A stretch of DNA of 64,000 nt from Elsinoe ampelina (lineage: Eukaryota): assembly GCA_010093995.1 (NCBI GenBank), contig ML992506.1:62001-126000 (forward strand), given 5' to 3'. The position numbers and the translations under genes are program-made. Shown piece by piece: positions 1 to 12,930 of the stretch. Positions within the stretch are counted from its first letter, which is position 1. Each line of letters begins with the position of its first letter. A model generated the notes under the pieces. That model made no database searches, was not told where the DNA came from, and saw nothing but the letters and a program-made list of their open reading frames with translations.

Positions 1-22
1 CCGTATCCCATCCCCAGTCTCT

Positions 23-460
23 TCACTCCCCCTTCACAACCTCCTTCGCCTTCTCCCTCCTCCTCTCCTCCTCCCTCCCCCTCCTCCCCAACGCATACGC
101 CGTCCCACCCGCCACCGCCTCCCCCGCGGCCCCCACCATCGCCACACCCCTCACCGCTCCTCTCGCCGTGAACTTGCCCCTCAGCCCCTGCAATGGCCTC
201 CTCCGCGCTGCCAGAATGAGGTAGGCAGCTGACCATGCCGCGGATATGCCAGCCGAGTCGATCGCGAAGCCCGAGAGGTTGAGGTAGGAGCTGAAGAGGA
301 AGACGGGGGGGAAGAGCATCGGGAGGGTTTGGAAGGGGCGGAAGTGCAGGGCTGTTGTGAGGGTCGCGAGGAGGAGGGGAGGGACGGAGGATTCTCCGGT
401 CCGTTTAAGGAGGGCCAGGGGGGAGGAGGTGGTGGTGGGTTGGGTTGAAGGGGTGGACAT
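23..460 (-). CDS. Small membrane protein, Aim19-like (altered inheritance of mitochondria 19 family)
   Basis: ORF from ATG at 460 (MSTPSTQ...). Hydrophobic segments, with DSAGISAAWSAAYLIL resembling the Aim19 GAGFIATWSALYLI segment. A CCAAT lies just upstream (476-480, minus strand). Confidence 0.6.
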   Translation of the reverse strand: MSTPSTQPTTTSSPLALLKRTGESSVPPLLLATLTTALHFRPFQTLPMLFPPVFLFSSYLNLSGFAIDSAGISAAWSAAYLILAARRRPLQGLRGKFTARGAVRGVAMVGAAGEAVAGGTAYALGRRGREEERRREKAKEVVKGE

Positions 461-773
461 TGTTGTGGTTGGCTGATTGGTATCTTGAGGCTGGGTGGTT
501 GTGGTCGTCGTGATGGAAGTGGAAGCTCGAAAAATGCAGACGACCTCTGACGACTGCCAAGGCTCAAATTGCATGCAGCTCTTCAACATGGACAATTGCA
601 TGGGTGATATTTACATCTCACTTGTGGGCTTGGAATGGGAGGTCTATTCAAGGCTTGATTCTTGGAGTCTATGGGCAGATCTATTTGGCATGTGACGAAA
701 GACAAGATCCGCCATTGCGAGCCAATCGATGCCAGGCCGGCGTCCTCATCTTCATGAGGGTAGCTTACCACCA

Positions 774-1538
774 TCAACAAGAGAGGAGCTCATCTGGGGG
801 TCTCTGGTAGTATGCATACCATGCCTCGTTCGATCCGTACAAGCTCTCATAGCAGTTTGGTCCTGTCAAATTGAGCGCGATCTTCATCCACCCGACATCG
901 AAGTCCGAGCAGCCGTCGATAGCCTCATACGCGGCTTCATCATCGTCATGTGTTTCGTGGATAACAAGTGGCTCAGCATCCGCCTTGACGAGTTTAATAT
1001 GGCTCAATCCGTATGCTGTCGTCAGATCGGGATTGTCGGTTGTGTGCTTCACGACCTTGAGAAAGTACATATAGCGTGGCGCTTCTACGAAGCCATGTGC
1101 GCGTGGTTGTTCTCGTTTATATGTTGCCTTGGTTCGCTCGCGGAAGTACGATCGCAGGCTGTCGAGTGAGGCATTCTCAAATTGTGCTTGATCTTCGATG
1201 AAGGTCCAGCGCAGGCTCTTCTTTAAGGCTGGTACGTCAGACCTGGCCAGAGCGCGCTCCGAGTTGTCCTGAAGATAGCATTTTAGATGCTGCCATTCGT
1301 GGTCATCCTGATAGCACGTGCGGTACACAATCCAGCCCCAACAATCATGCTTATCCTTGCGCAGAGTCTCTGCCAGAACAGATGCCTGGCTTTGCTGCAG
1401 CGACTGTTGACATGCTTGTGCTGTGGAATATCCGACAGATCGGCAAGGACTACAGGAGAGATATCGAACTCGTGTTCGACGTGAGACCGGAGCCCAGGAT
1501 AGTGGCGTTCGCATCCACATGCCGTGAGAGCATGTCAC
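774..1538 (-). CDS. Hypothetical fungal protein (WGW-VYRT-Y motif family); start uncertain
   Basis: 254-codon ORF containing WGWIVYRTCY...LRWTFIED, a pattern common in uncharacterised ascomycete proteins. The 5' end may be spliced. Confidence 0.55.
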   Translation of the reverse strand: MTCSHGMWMRTPLSWAPVSRRTRVRYLSCSPCRSVGYSTAQACQQSLQQSQASVLAETLRKDKHDCWGWIVYRTCYQDDHEWQHLKCYLQDNSERALARSDVPALKKSLRWTFIEDQAQFENASLDSLRSYFRERTKATYKREQPRAHGFVEAPRYMYFLKVVKHTTDNPDLTTAYGLSHIKLVKADAEPLVIHETHDDDEAAYEAIDGCSDFDVGWMKIALNLTGPNCYESLYGSNEAWYAYYQRPPDELLSC

Positions 1539-2023
1539 CTTTCAGGTCTTGGGTCATGTTGCATCAATCCTACCGATCTAGACTGGCTGAAGCGAGCCAG
1601 GCCATGTTTCGTAGCGAGTAGGGCTTGCGAGCTGCTTGGAAAGCTCAAGTGCCTCAAAGACTAACCCGGCTGAGGGTACGCTGCGATGTGGCAGATCGTA
1701 GATGTTTGTTTAGCAAGAGAATGAGTGAAGAGAGAAGACGGGCAGTGCAGCGATATCGAATCCACAACGTTAATTAATGCCAAGGCCGCATGTGAATTGC
1801 ACCGCAGTTCCCTGGCAGCCTCGATATCATTCAGACACCTGGCCATACTGAAAAAAAGAACGACCGTGGACCATACTGGGATTTAGTGTCTAATAGCGTC
1901 GCCATCAGTCTCCGCCTACAGCGCTCCTTCAGCCGGATCCAAAGGCGCGATCGCGCTCCCTTCCTCATAATCTCGAGCCACTTCTCAACATCTCCCCGCT
2001 AGTGGATCGACATATCGACAACA

Positions 2024-3329
2024 ATGTCCGCCACGGCCTCGGGGTCCTCAGCAAAACCGAATGGCGACGCAAAGAACAGATCACACAATGACGGAAGCAG
2101 CGGACGAGCATACACACCAGAACAAAAAGCGGCAGTGATACGGGTACGGAAGTGTCAAGCCACAGCGTTTTATGATATATTAGGACTGGAGAGTCAAAAG
2201 AGCGCGGCGACGGATGCAGAGGTGAAGAAGGCGTACAGGAAACTGAGTCTGTTGACGCATCCTGACAAGAATGGCTACGAAGGGGCGGATGAGGCTTTCA
2301 AGAGTGAGTGGCATCCGCATCCTACACAGCATGAGATGGCATGAGGAGGAAGCAGGCTCGAGGGATAGGTCAAAATGTTCCGGCGCAGGACTGAGTCAAA
2401 GAATTCCACAGTCGGGGGAAGAGACGGGCAAAGACACTGCTCGCATGGCCAGAAGTACTGACTATTCTCAGTGGTCTCACGAGCCTTCCAAATCCTTTCA
2501 GACTCGGACAAGCGATCCAAGTTCGACAAGTTCGGCGGCGACCCAGACAACCGCTTCAGCTCGGCCTCTTCATCCTCCCCCTTCAGCGGCTTCTCCCAAG
2601 CAGCAGGCGCCTCGCGCGGTGGCGCCATGTTCGAGGAAGAGATCAGCCCAGAAGAGATGTTCCGCCAATTCTTCGGTGGTGGTGGCATGGGCGGTTTCGG
2701 CGGTGGCGGCCCCTTCGGTACAACCCCTTCCCGACCTGTCCCCATGTCTCAGCTAACCCTTCCCTTCTCCAGGCGGCGGCCTCTTCGACACCGGCCCCGG
2801 CTTCGTCTTCAATCTCGGCGGCGGCCCCGGCATCCGCGTCCACCAATTCGGCGGCGGTCGCCCGCGTCAACGCCCACACAACCACGACGCGCCACCCCCC
2901 TCGCTCTTCTCCTCCCTCCAATCCCTCCTCCCCCTGATCCTCATCTTCGGCTTCCCCATCCTCTCATCCATCTTCTCAAGCCTGTTCGGCGGCTCCGGCC
3001 CCTCGGGCCCGAACTTCCGCTTCGATCCCGCCCCGCCCATGACGCAGAAACGCACCTCGCAGGGCATGAAGGTCACGTATTTCGTCAATCCGGCGGAGAC
3101 GGGGGAGTACACCTCGCGACAGTGGGGGAATCTGGACAAGAGGGTGGAGACGCGGTATCTCACGCAGTTGCAGTATGAGTGTGAGGCCGAGTATGATCGG
3201 AGACAAAGGATTGTGAATGAGGCCATGGGGTTCTTCTTTAATGATGAGCGGAAACTGGAGGAGGCGAGGAGGATGGAGATGAGGAGTTGTAGGAGGTTGG
3301 AGGAGTTGGGGTATCGAGGGCGGCGGTGA
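2024..3329 (+). CDS. HLJ1: ER-membrane DnaJ co-chaperone (HLJ1/DNAJB12-like; J domain, G/F region, TM, DUF1977-type tail)
   Basis: J domain FYDILGL...[16 protein letters not shown] with HPD. Introns 2304-2471 and 2718-2772 restore the frame ([42 protein letters not shown]). TM segment, then stop at 3329. Confidence 0.9.
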
Positions 3330-3529
3330 TGAGGGAGGAAGGAGGGTTGGGTTCTTGTATATTCTTTTTGCTTCACCGGCACAGCGGGTAGATGGAGTTG
3401 TGGATCTTAGGGTAGCGCGGGCGCAAGCGCTGCAGCGGAATTTCAGACGAGTATATGATCAAGTGAACAAGACGGTGGCATGGCTTCATTCGTCTATCAT
3501 GCTTCTTTGTCGGCACACTCATCGCATGC

Positions 3530-6500
3530 TCATCCCTCGCTTGTGTCCATCTTGTCCGCTGGCAGACCACCCCTCTTGCTGGCGACAAAGTCTTGAATCT
3601 CCTTCAACTTCTCCTCGGCAGGCAACACATCCTCAATCTTCAGCGGGACACGGTTGAAAGGGTCAGTGGGATCGCTCAAGAGATGACTCCTGATGGTCGA
3701 ACGATCCACAATCTGCTTGCTGCTGGGCAACAAGACCGGATCCTCCATCAGACTGCCCATGATAGGGTCGAGAAGCTCATCGGGAATCTCACCCAGGTCT
3801 TCTTCGGCCTGCTGATCTGCCCGGTGCGCCTCGGCAATCTCGTCTTGCAGCTTCTTCCACTGGATCAGCTCGTCACGCGACTTGAGAGCAAACTTCTCCA
3901 TGATCTCGGTGGCTTTGGCGAAGCGTTCGGGTTTGTAAGAGCGGCCGTCACGGGCAATGGCGAGGTGGAAGGAAGACTTGCGGCGGAGGTTGAGGTAGAC
4001 ATCCAACAGGTCAGAGAGAAGTTGTTTGGGGTTGAAGCCGTAGCTTTCGGGGTCGTCTACTTTAAGCTGGGTTTGCTTCGGTCCAGTCAGAGCATCGACA
4101 TTGTAGTCCAACATGTCGGCGAGACGTTGGACGACCTCGGGCATGGTGAAGGACGTGGCCAGAGCTTCGGTGAATAGCTTGAGCATGGAGATGGTTTCGG
4201 TCGTGAGGCCCATGTAGGACTTTGCTCGGCCTTTATGGTCGGCCAGAAGCTCATCTTTCTCCTTACGGATGGCTTCTTCCAGGCCGGGGTTCTTCAGCTC
4301 ATCGGTAAGGTCGTGAATCTTGTGAAACGATGAAAAGGATTCGTCAAGCACGTACGTCACGTCATTCAATAAGAGATTGACAAAGCGGACGAAGAACTCA
4401 GTGTTTGTGCTGCCAATCTGTTAGGGAACTTCATGAATCAGGGCAGAAATGCTCACTTTGCTTCTTTGGCCAGATTGTCACGGTAGATGACATTGGGCCA
4501 GATGCATTTGATGACCTGGTCAATCTCGTACCTGATGTTGAATTTGTCGTAGAACTGTGTGTGGGTGCCAGTACTCTCGCACTCGATGTAGAAACTCATG
4601 AGTGCCCGAAGTAGATGCTTGTGACAGAATTTCAAACCATTGAGAAGGTCTCCGAGCACACCTTTTGTATTGTGATGGACTTCCCAAATTCCATAGAACA
4701 GAATGCTCACAAAGCCAGATTTGAGATATGGACTCTTGATGTAGTCTGAGCTTCGCAAGAAAGTGATGCAGATCTGGACGAGCTCTTCGCATTGGGTTGA
4801 GGTGATAATGTACGGCATGTTCCTGGTGATGAATTTGAAGTTGTCCACAATGTCCTGCAGGAAGTACTCTGGCAAGCACCTGAAAGCTTCGGGGATCTTG
4901 TCTGCCAGCGGTAGGGTCAGCTTCTCCTTGGGCAAGTTCTTCCCTGACGCAAGTCTCAATATCCAGACGATCACAAAGCGCATGAATTGCATCGAGCGTG
5001 CTTGGACCAGCTCGTCGAGAAGCGCACCCTGTGTGGCATAAATAATGCAGTGCATCTTGTCAACTTCGTCCTTGAAGCGTTTGACGCGTTGCTCGAATAT
5101 GGCAAGGTGATGTGGCTGCGCCGCAAACTTGGCGCGCTCCTGCTCGAATTTGGCCAGATCTTGCTCCATATACTTGATATTCTTCTGCATCTTCCCGAGT
5201 TGACTGTTCACCGCCTCCTGACCGTAGTGGTGGGCTGCAACTGTGAGGAAGAAGAGCTCCGAGATGAAGTTGTTCTCTCCTGTGACCGCCTGGTCGTAGT
5301 ACTCGTCTGAAGTCTTTTGATCAGCGTTGATCTTCGTCTCGTCCCTGATGTTGACACGAGGATGTCTGCGGAGATAGTTGATGTCGACGCGGTCAATCTT
5401 TGTGAAGCCAGCATCGATGAATGGATCGCAGAGCTGATCAAGGATAGCAGTGACATTTAGCATGAAGGAATCCGAAGACACGGTCTTCTGATCGACCTGG
5501 ATAGCTCGCCGTTTGTGGTTGGCGTTCATAATCAAGGCAAACCATTCAAGCAGCTTCTCTCGTGGTTCCTTGGCGGTCTTGACGATGATGTTTGTAATGT
5601 CGAACAGCTCCCCTTGATGTGTCTGTAGTGTCATGCGCAGGGACCGTTGAGCGTTGTTGATGTATGCTCGATCGCGAGTCTTTGGTGCGGAGAAATAGTT
5701 CAACGCTGTTTGTGGATGGACTGGCGAGAGGCGAAAGAAGGGACCAAGAGTGGTATGTGTCTCGATATCAGGCGCGCCAAATCCTTTCCGCAAGAATTTG
5801 TCAGACTCTGTGATAGCCACCACCAATTTGGGGTATCTGACTATGCTTCGTAATGCAATCATGAATGGCTTATAGTTGTCGTTCATGGTCATGGAAGACA
5901 GACGAGAACTGAGCTGCTCCACAGCCGAAACCATGACGTCCTTGTACGAATCATCCTCTTCGAATCTTGAGGTTATCTCCAGGAGAAAGTCTGGGTCAAT
6001 TCCAGCATCACTTTCTGGCTCGGCCAAAAGATGGTCGGTCATGGGATTGGTGATTCTTGACGGCGCGTCGAACATCTCGGGCATCGAGCATGCGAACATG
6101 CAGTAGCTCATACATAGGCGTCTAGCCTCCTTCATCTTGATGAGCTTGGGATTGTCCGTCTCAGTGCTCCTCATCCCACGGATGATTTTTGACACGCGCT
6201 TCCAGCAACCCAACAGATAGTCGAATGTATCCTCTCGACTCTTTGCTGCGAGTGTTCCTGCTTCGGTGATAGCCTGATCGAGCTGTCCGACTTCCAAGCG
6301 GAGTGGGTGGCCTTCATCTTCGAGGTCGCTCTTCAAGCCTTTGAGATAGAAGAGGGAACGGCCATGAGTATCCTTGCTGACGCCTTCTTTCAGCGTGATG
6401 CGAAAAACATGACCGACAACACTGTCTTCCCACTCTTCGATCGGTTCCTCGTTCTCTGGCTTCGTGACACGCGCGCGCGCTTGGCCATCGGGGTCTCTCT

Positions 6501-6853
6501 TCTGTGCAGTCGGTTGTGTGCTCGTGATGTTTATTTTTGGCTTGGGCTTGACGTCAGTCTCCCGTGGCTTGAGACCCAGTTGTGAGAAAGGGTTCTGCTG
6601 GCCCGCTGCGGGCGAAGGTGTGGAGGTGGCCTTCCCGGTGGTAGAGGCGGGCGGTTGTGATTGCGTGCTACCAGATACCGCGGGCGTCAGGTCGGTGGTA
6701 GAGCCTGACGGGCTGGAGCTCTGAGATGGTCGTGGACTACTTTGACTTCCGCCGAGCTTTGCGAGCCTTTTGTTGCGTATCTGCAGGTATCATCAGTGGA
6801 AGTATCTCCAAGATGTCCATGTTACTGACCTTGTCGGCATCTGATTCGGCCAT
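3530..6853 (-). CDS. UFD2: Ubiquitin conjugation factor E4 (U-box)
   Basis: MAESDADK|IRNKRLAKL (intron 6781-6829). Ufd2 core includes TLGPFFRLSP and FYDKFNIRYEI. Intron 4410-4456. C-terminal U-box IPDELLDPIMGSLMEDPVLLPSS...DPFNRVPL. Confidence 0.95.
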
Positions 6854-7207
6854 TGTGTGAGAGGTCGGTGAAATCAGTCAGTTCTGCGCGATCACGATAG
6901 ATGACAGTGCCAACTTTGAGAAAGGAGTGTGGTGGACGGAGGCAGAAGAAAAGTAAATGTGTAGCTCAGCAAGCTTATTCACAAGCACAAGTGGGCTGTC
7001 GTCGAATGACGCTTTGTAGCCCGGATCTACGTCGGAGATAGCGGCTGCGGCTCATTTGCATCTCAAAGCTTCATGCGGCGGCCTGCATTATCACGCATCA
7101 AGCCTTGCATGCTCATTTCGAAGTCAAGGACATACGGCAGAAGACGCGAGAACATCACTTCCAGACTGAGAAGACTTCCAGCTCCAAATATCGTCCACAG
7201 TCGTCAG

Positions 7208-7456
7208 ATGGCAGAATCAGAAGCACCCCAAAAGAGCGAGGAATGGGAGAAGAGCGGGGCACAATTCAAGGCCAAAGCCAACAGTCAATATATGGATCCG
7301 TGCCAGGAGGCTGCGAACAAGAGCCTGAAGTGCTTGCGGCGAAACGGTGGATCACGGGACATGTGTATGGACTACTTTGATGCATACCGAGAGTGCAAAA
7401 AGAAGTGGCAAGCAGAGCTGGCAGAGGAGAAGCGGAAACAGGGACGATGGTTCTGA
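7208..7456 (+). CDS. COX23: Mitochondrial twin-CX9C cytochrome c oxidase assembly factor
   Basis: [42 protein letters not shown], a twin CX9C pattern typical of Cox23. Divergent from UFD2. Confidence 0.88.
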   Translation: MAESEAPQKSEEWEKSGAQFKAKANSQYMDPCQEAANKSLKCLRRNGGSRDMCMDYFDAYRECKKKWQAELAEEKRKQGRWF

Positions 7457-8599
7457 GCTAGTCTGGACATGGCTCATGATTTTAGACGAGGCCTTTGACA
7501 CAGTCATCGAGTATGGCAGACTGGAGGTGCTTGGCCATTGCTTGATGATTCACCAACCAAATCGCATCTGGACACGCACATCAGGCGACAGCGATGCTGC
7601 AGAGACGTCATCACAAGGTCCGACAGCTGCTCACCAGAGAGCAGTCAGCGCCGCTCACGTGTCTTGAAGGGGCACGCTACTGTGAATGAGTCAATACGGC
7701 GGCGTTCAGGGAACGAATGGTGGGAGGTGTCGCTTCGAGAGGTTGAGGATTGTCTTCCAGGAAGTCATAGCGACCATGTTCTCATCAAAGTCACATGTCG
7801 CGGCCGTATAGAGCGAATATCCGGAAGCCCGAGTGTAGAAGATGGCGGTGCTCGCAGGAGACGCGTCGGGTGTGGCCGTGCAAGTAGTGGAGCTCGGGGC
7901 AGAGTCATGTGAGGAACCGTTGGTGGGCAATGCTGTACAAAACGCGTCCATATCCATAGCTGTCAGGTCTAGACGAGCAGTGAATGCAAAAGTGGTACGG
8001 CAGTGGAGAGGAGAATACAGTACTGTAGCCCGTGTAGCAACCAAAGACATGTGTCAAAGCATCAACAGACGGCGGGAGTGGCATCACGCAGAGAAACCCG
8101 CAGTGGACCCGTGGATGAACTTGAACCTGAACGGCAGCTCTCTCTTCAGGTTCTTGCTTCTTGGGCGGGCGCACGGACGTTGATCGTATCTCCTCACAAC
8201 TGGTTGCAAGTCGTGCCAAACTCGTCTCCACTGATTCCTGTCCACTGATCCTGTCCTGCAAGACGTGACAGTGCCTTTTTGTTTCGACCGCTGACTTGCC
8301 TGCAACAACACCACACTTTATCTTCCATCCTCTCTCACACCACAGTCATCAGCACCTCCCTGTCGCCTATCGCCTTCCGACTCCGTCACGACCGCAGTCA
8401 GACCACGCATCGTCCCGCCCAGCGCTCAACGTCTCCGGGCAAGCCAAGTCCAAGGTGCGCATCAGACAGTTCACCTCACCTCTTCAAGCTTTTTATCCCG
8501 TCATCAACATCATCTCTCGTCCTCGCACGTCCTCGCACTACACTCGCCAGATTAGACAATCGACACACACATCTTCTCGTCGCTAACACCACAACACAG

Positions 8600-9478
8600 A
8601 TGGCGGAAATCCGTCGCAAGTTGGTCATCGTCGGTGATGGTGCCTGCGGAAAGACCTGTCTTCTCATGTAAGCCAACAACAACTCTGCCAATTCCGAGAA
8701 CAACACTGATACTAATTGACAACAGCGTCTTCTCAAAGGGAACCTTCCCAGAGGTCAGTCCGCCTTGTCCCTATCTTCCGAACAACCCAAACAACAAACC
8801 TTTATCGACCGGATAAATCACAACAGAAGCTGATAGCATTACACGAGAACATGGAGAGGAGCAGGGAACAATATCTGACATCTACTAGGTCTACGTCCCC
8901 ACCGTCTTCGAGAACTATGTCGCCGACGTCGAAGTGGATGGCAAGCACGTCGAGCTAGCTTTGTGGGATACTGCGGGTCAAGAAGATTACGACCGTCTCC
9001 GCCCTCTCTCATACCCCGACTCACACGTCATCCTCATCTGCTTCGCCGTTGACTCTCCCGACTCTCTCGACAACGTACAGGAGAAGGTAGGCAGAAAAGA
9101 CCACGTGCTTTCTTGGCTACCTCCCATGCTGACTCTATCGCTACAGTGGATCTCCGAAGTCCTCCATTTCTGCCAGGGCCTTCCCATCATCCTCGTTGGT
9201 TGCAAGAAGGATCTCCGCTACGACCAGAAGACGATTGAGGAGCTGCACAAGACATCGCAAAAGCCGGTGACGCCGGAACAGGTAAGGCCACCTAAACACT
9301 TATCCAACTCGACTGACATATCCCCCAGGCCGAAGATGTCCGCAAGAAGATTGGCGCCCAAAAGTACCTCGAGTGCTCAGCAAAGACAAACGAGGGCGTT
9401 AGAGAGGTCTTTGAGCACGCCACCCGTGCTGCTCTCCTGACCCGCAAGGAGAAGAAGAAGAAGTGCCTGATTTTGTAA
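8600..9478 (+). CDS. RHO1: Rho1 small GTPase
   Basis: [48 protein letters not shown], and CAAX end KKKKCLIL*. Introns 8668-8725, 8754-8888, 9087-9146 and 9282-9328. Confidence 0.97.
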
Positions 9479-10782
9479 ACAACGAATCGACGAAGAGCAT
9501 CACGTCGGATGGCACTCATGGCTCACGCAATTCGAGATACCAGTTTTCCTCCCAACCTCCAGCTTTGGCTTCTTTTCTACGACCTTTAGATCCTTCGCCC
9601 GTCCTGAATCTGCTCGTCTTTCTCCACCTCGGATACTTCTCAACAACGGTGCTACTCGACGAGACTTTGATCGGAACAAACACCTATGCTTGTTTGCAAT
9701 CTGCGGCGTTCAACGGGAGTCTGCGGTTCGTTGTGTCACTTTGTGTCCATCCAGATGGATTGGGAGCTTGAGGGAAAGGTGGTCAGCTTCTACGGACATG
9801 GCAGTGATCGATTGGGCACCGGCAGCATGGACTCGATCGACTCTGGGTTTGTTTCGTTACTAGTGGCGCTATCCTCGATCAAGGGCTTCTTCCTTACGCT
9901 TTGTACGCAGCCGGCATTCGAGGTGGTGTTGATGGTACTCGGTGCAAGTTACCGTTCGATGAGATATAATAATTGCCATGGCATCACCCTTCCATAAAGA
10001 GCTATTTGGATGCACGTTCGTCGTGCTCGCGTGACCATCTACTGGAGGGTTTTACTGGAGCAGTTTCTTCCCCATGCGACTTGGGTTTCAGTATCGTGGC
10101 ATCGATTTCGATTTCATGGCATCGGCGTCAGCACCAAATAATGCCTTTCATGTATCAGAGGTGAGGACGACTCGGCTCAGGCCTGTAGTCTGTCTTGTCC
10201 ATTCCTTTGTCAGGTCAGATTTAGGTCTCCTCTTTCAACTTCCTTTGTGCGAAAGACAGTCACTGTGGTTTTGACGAATAATATACATTCTCGAGTATAA
10301 TGAATCGAAAATCACGAAGATCCGTCAGTCTACAGCTCCCAACTACTTGCGCACGCGGCATGTTGGTTCGCCCCCCACGACGCTGACTGCACGCACCCCG
10401 ACCAAAGCAGCTATTCGATCAAGACTCGGGCGATACTTCAGGGACTATTGAATAAGCACGCGCCTGCGTCCTTATGCTTTTCTTGCGACGCATCAATCGT
10501 GTCGAGTCGATAAGCGGGCTGGACGGAAAAAGCAGTCGTCGGAGAAGCAATCACCTTCATCTTCATATGAACTCTCGCGAGACTTCATAGCAACCGTCTC
10601 CACTTCCTTTTCCCACCTTTCATATATCTAACCATGGCAACTTTTTCAGAATCCTCCACCTCCCATCCCCCTCTGCGGCACTTCAGCTTTCTCGAAGATC
10701 CACCGCATCCCTGTTCTGCAACTCGAGTAGCAGCATCTAATCGCGTTGTCCACGCTTCAACGCCACCTCGCACACTCACACC

Positions 10783-11601
10783 ATGCCATCACGCGTCTAT
10801 TCCCGGCCTCTTGTCATCCACACCTTCGACTCACAAGAGTCCATCGCCGCCACTCCTCTGCCACCCAGTCCCCCCATGGCCTCGGTGTTGCCGATCATGT
10901 TGGCACCCATGTCAGAGACCTCCCCTCCGAACCCTCCTAATGTCGATGCAGCCGTGACCAACGGGAATCACGCTCCTGTTGAGAAAACACGCCCTCCTCC
11001 TCGACCACTCCTCCGGCTATCCATGCGCAAGCGCCTCTACGCCAGCTTCACCCCGCCACGTCCCAAAGAAAAGCCTCAATACCGCTCCAAAACCCTCCCT
11101 CCCCCGGAACGTCTCAAGCCCATGACCCCTCCTCCCAACTTCGCCCGCGTCGACGACAACATCTACCGCTCCGGCTTCCCGGGCCCGGACAATCTCAAAT
11201 TCCTCTCCCTGCTCGGACTCGAGGAGATCTTCATCCTCTGCCCCGACGAGCCGAGCGACGAGTACGACGCTTGGATCTTCAAGCAGGGGAACATCATCGT
11301 CCGCCAACTCGAAGTCGCGCAGAACAGGGCTTCGGTGTGCACCACGACGGACCAAGTGGGGAGGATCGTCAGGGCTGTGCAGAGGGCGGTGGGGATGGGG
11401 AAGAAGGTCCTGGTGCATTGTAATGGGGGCAAGCATAGGACGGGGTGCGTGATTGGGGCGTTGAGGTTGGGTATGGGGTGGGAGATTGAGGAGGTGGTGG
11501 ATGAGTATAGGGCGTTTGCGGGGGAGAAGAGGAGGGATGGGGATGAGCACTTTTTGAGGAGGATGGCGGGGAGTGGGAGATTGGGGAGGTCGAGGCAGTA
11601 A
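10783..11601 (+). CDS. Siw14/OCA-family atypical dual-specificity (inositol pyrophosphate) phosphatase
   Basis: PPPNFARVDDNIYRSGFP and catalytic CX5R motif VHCNGGKHRTGCVIG. Pro-rich N-terminal extension; start uncertain. Confidence 0.85.
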   Translation: MPSRVYSRPLVIHTFDSQESIAATPLPPSPPMASVLPIMLAPMSETSPPNPPNVDAAVTNGNHAPVEKTRPPPRPLLRLSMRKRLYASFTPPRPKEKPQYRSKTLPPPERLKPMTPPPNFARVDDNIYRSGFPGPDNLKFLSLLGLEEIFILCPDEPSDEYDAWIFKQGNIIVRQLEVAQNRASVCTTTDQVGRIVRAVQRAVGMGKKVLVHCNGGKHRTGCVIGALRLGMGWEIEEVVDEYRAFAGEKRRDGDEHFLRRMAGSGRLGRSRQ

Positions 11602-12084
11602 GGTTGTCCACGTGTTTGGGTGCCTTTGTTGAGGAGGTCCGTTGTCGTCCTGGATGCTGCGTCAATGATTGGGCGAGGACCTCGCAATTGTTTCTGGATG
11701 CATTACATGGTTGGGCGATACCCTGGGAACCACAATTCGGGTTACACATGTAGAATGGGATCTATAGATGTCCGGTCTGAATGATTACGTGGAGAGCTAG
11801 CTTCCTTGATCGGTTCTAAACGGGGTGGCATGTACACGAGCAACTGACTTTATCTTGTAGGTTGAAACATCGCAAAAAGAAGATCATGAAAATCTCTATT
11901 CTCTTATGATACACATAACATTTCTGTTCAGCGGCACACAAAGTGCTGGTCGTGAGACCATGTCCACGCTTTTCCGAACGCCTTGCTTCCTTCAAGCTAT
12001 ATCACCGCGAACCATGCGATGAGATTATGTACAGAGGCCTCGGCAGCCTTTTGTCACCCTCGAGCGGCGATGTGCCTCCCGACT

Positions 12085-12930
12085 CTACTCTGTCATGTCC
12101 ATCACATCGTTATCGTTGCCGTCGCCGTTCCTGGAGCTCATGTCTTCGATAAGAGACCCAAGAATGGCATCAAAGTCCTCGTCGTCGCTCCCAAAGTGGT
12201 CTGAATACTGGCTGTTCCGTTGACCTGTCGCCCAAGCATCATTTGTCGTGTCCTGCTCGATATGCTCCTCCATCTGCATCGGCTGCGAATTCAGCTCCAT
12301 CATCGCCACTAGTTCCTCCAACTCCCTCTGCTCCCTCATGGCCACATCCTCCACCTCGTCCTCCTGGCCCATATCGTTTTCAGTCTGTTGGTCTTCCTCG
12401 TCCTGCTCTTCTGTGATCTCCGGCGCCTCTCTGAGCTTCGCTTCTTCCCATGCTCGCATCTCCCTCTCCCATTCCGCTCTGTCGAGTCTGTCCAAGTCGG
12501 TGGCCCTGCTCTCCCACCTCCTGTCGTCTCCTCCCTGCCTGACTTTGTTGAGAAAGAGCTTTCGTCTCGCCTGCGTCTGCGCATCTTTGCTCATCACCTT
12601 TCTCGCCGCTGCTGGCCCCACCATGGGTCTCGGTGGTGTGGGTTCTGAGCGGGCAAGATCAGCGACTGAAGGACCGAAGATTTGCGCCGGAGTCGAGGGT
12701 GTAAGTGGAGATGTGGTTGGAGGAGAAGGCGGGGATGAGGACACAGTCAATGGAGAAGTCATGGTTGGTCTGTAGGAGCGATTTGACCAATCACGGCGAT
12801 GCGAAGGGCTACTGCTCCAGGGTGATGTCCTAATTCTAGGGGTCGACAGCGTGTCTCGGTGACTCGGTTGTGGTGCCTGAGGTTGTGGCCAGAACTGCCA
12901 CGTATGTTGCGGCTGCTGTGTAGATAGCAT
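12085..12930 (-). CDS. Hypothetical protein (S/P-rich N-terminus, basic helix, acidic C-terminus)
   Basis: ORF from ATG 12930 with RRKLFLNKVRQGGDDRRWESR and an acidic tail (FGSDDEDFDAIL). Coding-like composition. Confidence 0.65.
   Translation of the reverse strand: MLSTQQPQHTWQFWPQPQAPQPSHRDTLSTPRIRTSPWSSSPSHRRDWSNRSYRPTMTSPLTVSSSPPSPPTTSPLTPSTPAQIFGPSVADLARSEPTPPRPMVGPAAARKVMSKDAQTQARRKLFLNKVRQGGDDRRWESRATDLDRLDRAEWEREMRAWEEAKLREAPEITEEQDEEDQQTENDMGQEDEVEDVAMREQRELEELVAMMELNSQPMQMEEHIEQDTTNDAWATGQRNSQYSDHFGSDDEDFDAILGSLIEDMSSRNGDGNDNDVMDMTE

Noticed and set aside
7460..8450. Several 80-125 aa ORFs between COX23 and RHO1
   Set aside because: Overlapping short ORFs on both strands with no motif or consistent splice model. 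More likely RHO1 upstream regulatory DNA.
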